Source: Promethearchaeota archaeon (GTDB taxonomy: Archaea; Asgardarchaeota; Thorarchaeia; Thorarchaeales; Thorarchaeaceae). From it: 64,000 nucleotides of DNA. Of the stretch, positions 59,965 to 64,000 are shown piece after piece. The notes beneath the pieces are model-generated. The model saw nothing but the letters and a program-made list of their open reading frames with translations, was not told the DNA's origin and searched no databases. The translations under genes were made by a program, and so were the position numbers. The first letter of the stretch is position 1. Each line of letters opens with the position of its first letter. The stretch lies in NCBI GenBank assembly GCA_014728035.1, contig WJMJ01000062.1, forward strand, positions 23,558-87,557. Direction: 5' to 3'.

Positions 59965-60795
59965 ATGATGTTAGAAATCGAACATTTTGATGAGATAGTC
60001 TGTGTAAAGACAGCCACAGAACAGGCTGGTCAAGCAATCATGTGGGTCTATGCGTATCGGATTGGCAATCTCTTATTTGATGCAGGTTGTGGTAATGCAA
60101 GAGAAGAGGTCAGAAATTGTCCGGAATTAGAGGGAATAGAACGCATAATCATTAGTCATTATCATGAAGATCATATCGGATGTATTAGAGCCTTTGAAGA
60201 TGTTGTGATATACGCTCCAGAACAGAGTATAGAGCTAATTCAAAACCCCGATGAACTTGGAGAATTCTTCCAATATGTCTGGGGCCAACCTGAGAAGGTC
60301 GAAAAAGTTCTGCCAGTGCCAGACGTTATTATAGAGGGAGATTTTGAGTTTGAAGCAATCCCATTACCAGGTCACTGTAAGAATATGTATGGCATCTATG
60401 AACCAGAAAGGAAATGGTTATTTTCTGCAGATGCAATCCCATTACCTTCAAAAAAGACAATCGCAATGCCAGAGGAAAACATTCCCCAGATAATTGCTAC
60501 AATGAAACGAATACAAAACATGGATATTGAAGTTCTATTTGACGGGCACCGTGGACCTATCGAAAATCCAAAGGAACACATTCAAGTAAGAATAGATTTC
60601 TTGCACAAAATCAAAGACGAAATTCTGAGTTATCATGAGCAAGGGAAATCTGTTATTGAAATCCAGACAGCTTTAGAATTAGAGGGACCTTGGTATATGG
60701 ACCTCACCGAGGGACGATTTGGTATTGATCACTTCATCAATTCGGTAATCAAGGATTCCATACCTATTGATAACGAAGAAGTCCAATCAGTTTAG
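59965..60795 (+). CDS. Metallo-beta-lactamase fold hydrolase
   Basis: HYHEDH, PGH, SAD, GH; start moved to MMLEIE. Confidence 0.88.
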   Translation: MMLEIEHFDEIVCVKTATEQAGQAIMWVYAYRIGNLLFDAGCGNAREEVRNCPELEGIERIIISHYHEDHIGCIRAFEDVVIYAPEQSIELIQNPDELGEFFQYVWGQPEKVEKVLPVPDVIIEGDFEFEAIPLPGHCKNMYGIYEPERKWLFSADAIPLPSKKTIAMPEENIPQIIATMKRIQNMDIEVLFDGHRGPIENPKEHIQVRIDFLHKIKDEILSYHEQGKSVIEIQTALELEGPWYMDLTEGRFGIDHFINSVIKDSIPIDNEEVQSV

Positions 60796-60802
60796 CTGTA
60801 AG

Positions 60803-61945
60803 CTACTTTCCTTTTCGTCGTCTCGATAGAGCTTCTCGAAGGCTTCGAGTAGATTTCTCATGCTTTCTTCTAGCTTTTTCAGCTTTCTTTTGTCTTGAGC
60901 AATTAATTCTTGCAGCTCTTCCCAGTTTTTGAGTCCGTTCCGCATCATCCTTTTCCCCTCGTTTCGAAAACAACTTTCTTGCCCGGTCCCATGCTTCTTG
61001 AGCTGAGCAAAAATCATCTAGACGAGCATAACAATATCCGAGAGCATCGAAAGGTTCTGGAAAACCTCGCTCAAGCGAAGTAAAGCGACTCCACGCCTCC
61101 GCTGCCTTCTCCCACATTTCCAGTTCCATGTATATGAGACCAAGATTTCGAAGTGAATCCTTATGCTCCGAATCCACTCGCAGTGCATGTTCAAAATGCT
61201 TTGCAGCATCCTTTAAGCGTCCATCTTTGAATGCAATCATCCCCATGGTATTTCTAATAGAGGGGTTTCGAGGATCCAACTTGATTGCTTCTTTTAATGC
61301 CTTCATTGCAGAGTTATACCGCTCAGCTCTAAAACAGACATCACCAAGAACACGCCAAGACTCTATATCTTCTGGTGCAAGTTTGGTAGCCTTTCTGGCA
61401 GACTTAATCGCAGATTTCCATTTTCCAAGCATTGAAAACGCAATTGCACGATGAAGTAGAGCAGCAGGCAAATCAGATTCCAATTCTAAAGCTTTCTCGT
61501 AGTATTCCAGTGCTTTATCATATTCACTGATTTCTAGGTGCAAATCACCGATTCTTAGCCAAAGCTTCCAATCGTCGGTAACAATTTTTGTAATCTTGTA
61601 TAGACAGTCCAATTCCTCTTTTGGTTTGTTTAGCATTCTCAGCGCTAAAGACTTGTCCCGTAGAGCATCAATATTAGCAGGTTCTAACTTGAGAGCTTTG
61701 TCAAAAGATTCCAAAGCTTTCTGTACATTCTCTGGACCCAAGGCCATAAGTATACGCCCTCGATTCGTGTAGGCTGCTGCAAGCTCTGAATCAATCCGGA
61801 TAGCAGTTTCCAAACAACGGAGAGCAGCTCCAAAGTCTTCTTCACCTGCAAGAAGAACTGCTTTCATATTCCAAGCATTTGCATCATTGGGATGTTCTTT
61901 GAGATGCTCTTCGACCATACCTAAAGTGATTTTGTCGGAACTCAT
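60803..61945 (-). CDS. TPR repeat protein with basic C-terminal tail
   Basis: Multiple 34-aa W..G...A...Y..AL.L.P repeats. Confidence 0.92.
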   Translation of the reverse strand: MSSDKITLGMVEEHLKEHPNDANAWNMKAVLLAGEEDFGAALRCLETAIRIDSELAAAYTNRGRILMALGPENVQKALESFDKALKLEPANIDALRDKSLALRMLNKPKEELDCLYKITKIVTDDWKLWLRIGDLHLEISEYDKALEYYEKALELESDLPAALLHRAIAFSMLGKWKSAIKSARKATKLAPEDIESWRVLGDVCFRAERYNSAMKALKEAIKLDPRNPSIRNTMGMIAFKDGRLKDAAKHFEHALRVDSEHKDSLRNLGLIYMELEMWEKAAEAWSRFTSLERGFPEPFDALGYCYARLDDFCSAQEAWDRARKLFSKRGEKDDAERTQKLGRAARINCSRQKKAEKARRKHEKSTRSLREALSRRRKGK

Positions 61946-62127
61946 GCTATCACCATGCCCATTTGATTCACTTCATTGAAAAGGCTTGAGTTCAGCACAT
62001 TGAACAAATTGAATAATAGTAATGATAAGAATGACGATATAGATTCTGATTGGTACTATCTACAAAGACTGAAATCTTGTAACAATTAAAAGAAAATCTC
62101 TAAGAGGAGCCAATTATCTAGAAATAT

Positions 62128-62901
62128 ATGAGAGGGTGCCATATGTTCAAAAGAATTCGAATAGGACTACTGTTTCTCATTCTTTTTTCACCAACAGTGA
62201 TAGGAGTTACAGCTCAATCAAATCATAGTTTAATATGGGGAGTTAGTGTTGGCGATGAATTCACCTACTATATGGAAAAGAAAACAATTGATCCTTTTGT
62301 TCAAGGTTACCTGGAAAACATGAGTGTGCCGTTCATTGATGATGTGGAAGTAGGACAGAAAATCATTGCTCGAGTTACACAGCTTGAAAGCATTCCAGAC
62401 CAAATCAATACTACAAGCTCACGATATATACCTCAGGCAAATTGCACTCTTATTCGCGCAAACGACAGCCATGTGTTAATAGAAAACATGTCAATGCTGA
62501 TGATGCCAGTACGAGATTGGGATTTGCTGACTGAGATGAACAATTATACTGGAATGGATGGATGGACCGTAATTGATAATCTAGGAGAATGGGGAAGTAA
62601 ATTTGAGCAATCTTTTGTCTTTGCTATCTTCTTTGTAGACATATATTTGGAGATGGTTTTTGAAAAGCAGAACGGATCGCTATCGAGATTACAAATACGT
62701 GTGACCGTAACCGGTACTGAAATGGTTGATTTAATTTTTGTCAAGTGGCATCCGGACCTAACTCCAAAATATTCATTCAATTTTTGGCCAATTGTCATAG
62801 GTTCAATCATCTCGCTCGTAGTTATAATCTGGTACATTAGAAGGAGAAAAAAACATAGTCAACAAGATATTGTGGAAACATTGACTAACCAAGATGCATA
62901 A
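62128..62901 (+). CDS. Single-pass surface protein (signal, extracellular domain, C-terminal TM)
   Basis: WGVSVGDEFTY motif, TM followed by RRRKK. Confidence 0.8.
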   Translation: MRGCHMFKRIRIGLLFLILFSPTVIGVTAQSNHSLIWGVSVGDEFTYYMEKKTIDPFVQGYLENMSVPFIDDVEVGQKIIARVTQLESIPDQINTTSSRYIPQANCTLIRANDSHVLIENMSMLMMPVRDWDLLTEMNNYTGMDGWTVIDNLGEWGSKFEQSFVFAIFFVDIYLEMVFEKQNGSLSRLQIRVTVTGTEMVDLIFVKWHPDLTPKYSFNFWPIVIGSIISLVVIIWYIRRRKKHSQQDIVETLTNQDA

Positions 62902-62943
62902 ACTCTTGTAGTAGAAAGTACTGAAAAAAGCAGGCTGGTCCGT

Positions 62944-63702
62944 ATGAGTAAACAAAAGTATTTAGCAATAATTCTGACAATCATTTTTGTCTATTCCATA
63001 GTGCCAATTAGTATTGCTCAGTCAAATAATACAATGGAATGGGGGATTGAAGAAGGTGAGTCCTTCACTTATGCCCTTCAAAGAAAATTTGTAGCGGATC
63101 CAGACCAGTTATCATTTGTTGAGTCCCAGATTCCATTTATCCGCGGTTTTGATGAGGGCCAGAAAGCAACCGCATTTGTGGAATATTTGGAAGAAGTACC
63201 TCAAGAGGTTATTGATACTAATGACATACCCGTAGCAAAAATTACGTTGCGAAGAGAAAATGATTCTGAGGTCATAATCGAGAACTGGACTGCTGCAGCT
63301 GTTCCCATTAACGATTGGGACATATTGGAAGAATTATCAGGTTTTGCAGACGCTGAAGGTGTAACAATAATAGACACTGAAGAAGAGTGGGGTACCATTT
63401 CACAGGGAACTTATTCAGCAGAATCGACCAATATTGGTTATTACTTTGAATTTCGATACGAGAAGGAAAACGGTACTCTGAATTATATGCGAATAAGGTA
63501 CACATCATTGGGTAATGACCTAGTTGATGTCATCTTGGTTCATTGGTATGAGGGAATGCCAACTGTTGTATCCGGAGATATACCACTTACTACAATCTTA
63601 GGGATAAGTCTTGGATTGGTGATAGCATCCATAGTTGGATTCTTAGTCTATCGTTCATACAAATCAAAACGCAGTCCAATTGAAGAGCTTGGGAGTGATT
63701 AA
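62944..63702 (+). CDS. Tandem paralogue of the preceding surface protein
   Basis: WGIEEGESFTY, P..DWD.L, EWG, YEK.NG.L, DV/LI...W shared. Confidence 0.8.
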   Translation: MSKQKYLAIILTIIFVYSIVPISIAQSNNTMEWGIEEGESFTYALQRKFVADPDQLSFVESQIPFIRGFDEGQKATAFVEYLEEVPQEVIDTNDIPVAKITLRRENDSEVIIENWTAAAVPINDWDILEELSGFADAEGVTIIDTEEEWGTISQGTYSAESTNIGYYFEFRYEKENGTLNYMRIRYTSLGNDLVDVILVHWYEGMPTVVSGDIPLTTILGISLGLVIASIVGFLVYRSYKSKRSPIEELGSD

Positions 63703-63703
63703 G

Positions 63704-64000
63704 ATGAAACCACCAGAAACACCCATTGAAATAGATTGGCGAAACGAATCACATATCCAAGTTCAGATAGGAGAGCAATTTCGATTCAGATTTCATCGAC
63801 ATGGTTCTGTAGGAGAGGATGCTGAAGTCGAGATTTCAGATTCCGACGTGATAACACATGAGCAGACTGAAACCAAATACCTCCATCCAGAAAAGATGAA
63901 ACCAGGATGGACTGGAGGAGATGCTGAGAGAGGATTTTGGACATTCAAAGCCTTGAAACCAGGTACAGCAACAATCACAGTTCGTATCCTATTCCGTTTC
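63704..64000 (+). CDS. Partial ORF (runs off window), chagasin/I42-like Ig fold
   Basis: MKPPETPI...IQVQIGEQF...SVG...GGD...WTFKALKPGTATI; not in ORF track because there is no stop. Confidence 0.6.
   Translation, partial: MKPPETPIEIDWRNESHIQVQIGEQFRFRFHRHGSVGEDAEVEISDSDVITHEQTETKYLHPEKMKPGWTGGDAERGFWTFKALKPGTATITVRILFRF

Overview
Archaeal chromosomal window, most likely an Asgard archaeon of the Thorarchaeota type. This is inferred from gene content (IDLxPL-type LRR protein, mu-homology-domain-like protein, paired FtsX-type giant permeases, TSP3/M28 surface proteins), not from a search. The apparently empty first 6.5 kb is one uninterrupted minus-strand ORF (6518 to past base 1, >2172 aa) missed by the ORF track because it has no stop in the window. 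It encodes a giant exported, membrane-anchored protein with prenyltransferase-like repeats, an AT-rich internal module and a JAB/MPN-like HTHP motif. It sits divergently from an LRR gene that ends in a frameshifted ABC-2 permease remnant, so 1-8.8 kb looks like an accessory island, possibly a polymorphic toxin/immunity-type locus. The rest is mostly core and metabolic: arcS-raSEA, an Hrq1/MrfA-like helicase, two tRNA-Arg genes, tpiA, fbp, udp, ABCE1, priL, an Ogg1-like glycosylase and a MacB/LolCDE-like ABC system. Other notable items are a photocobilin-like bilin+B12 sensor paired with a histidine kinase, an AP-mu/delta-COP-like MHD protein, an unannotated C/D-box guide RNA, long hairpin leaders on tpiA and fbp, and several enzyme homologues that have lost metal ligands. 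All calls come from manual reading; no database searches were run.
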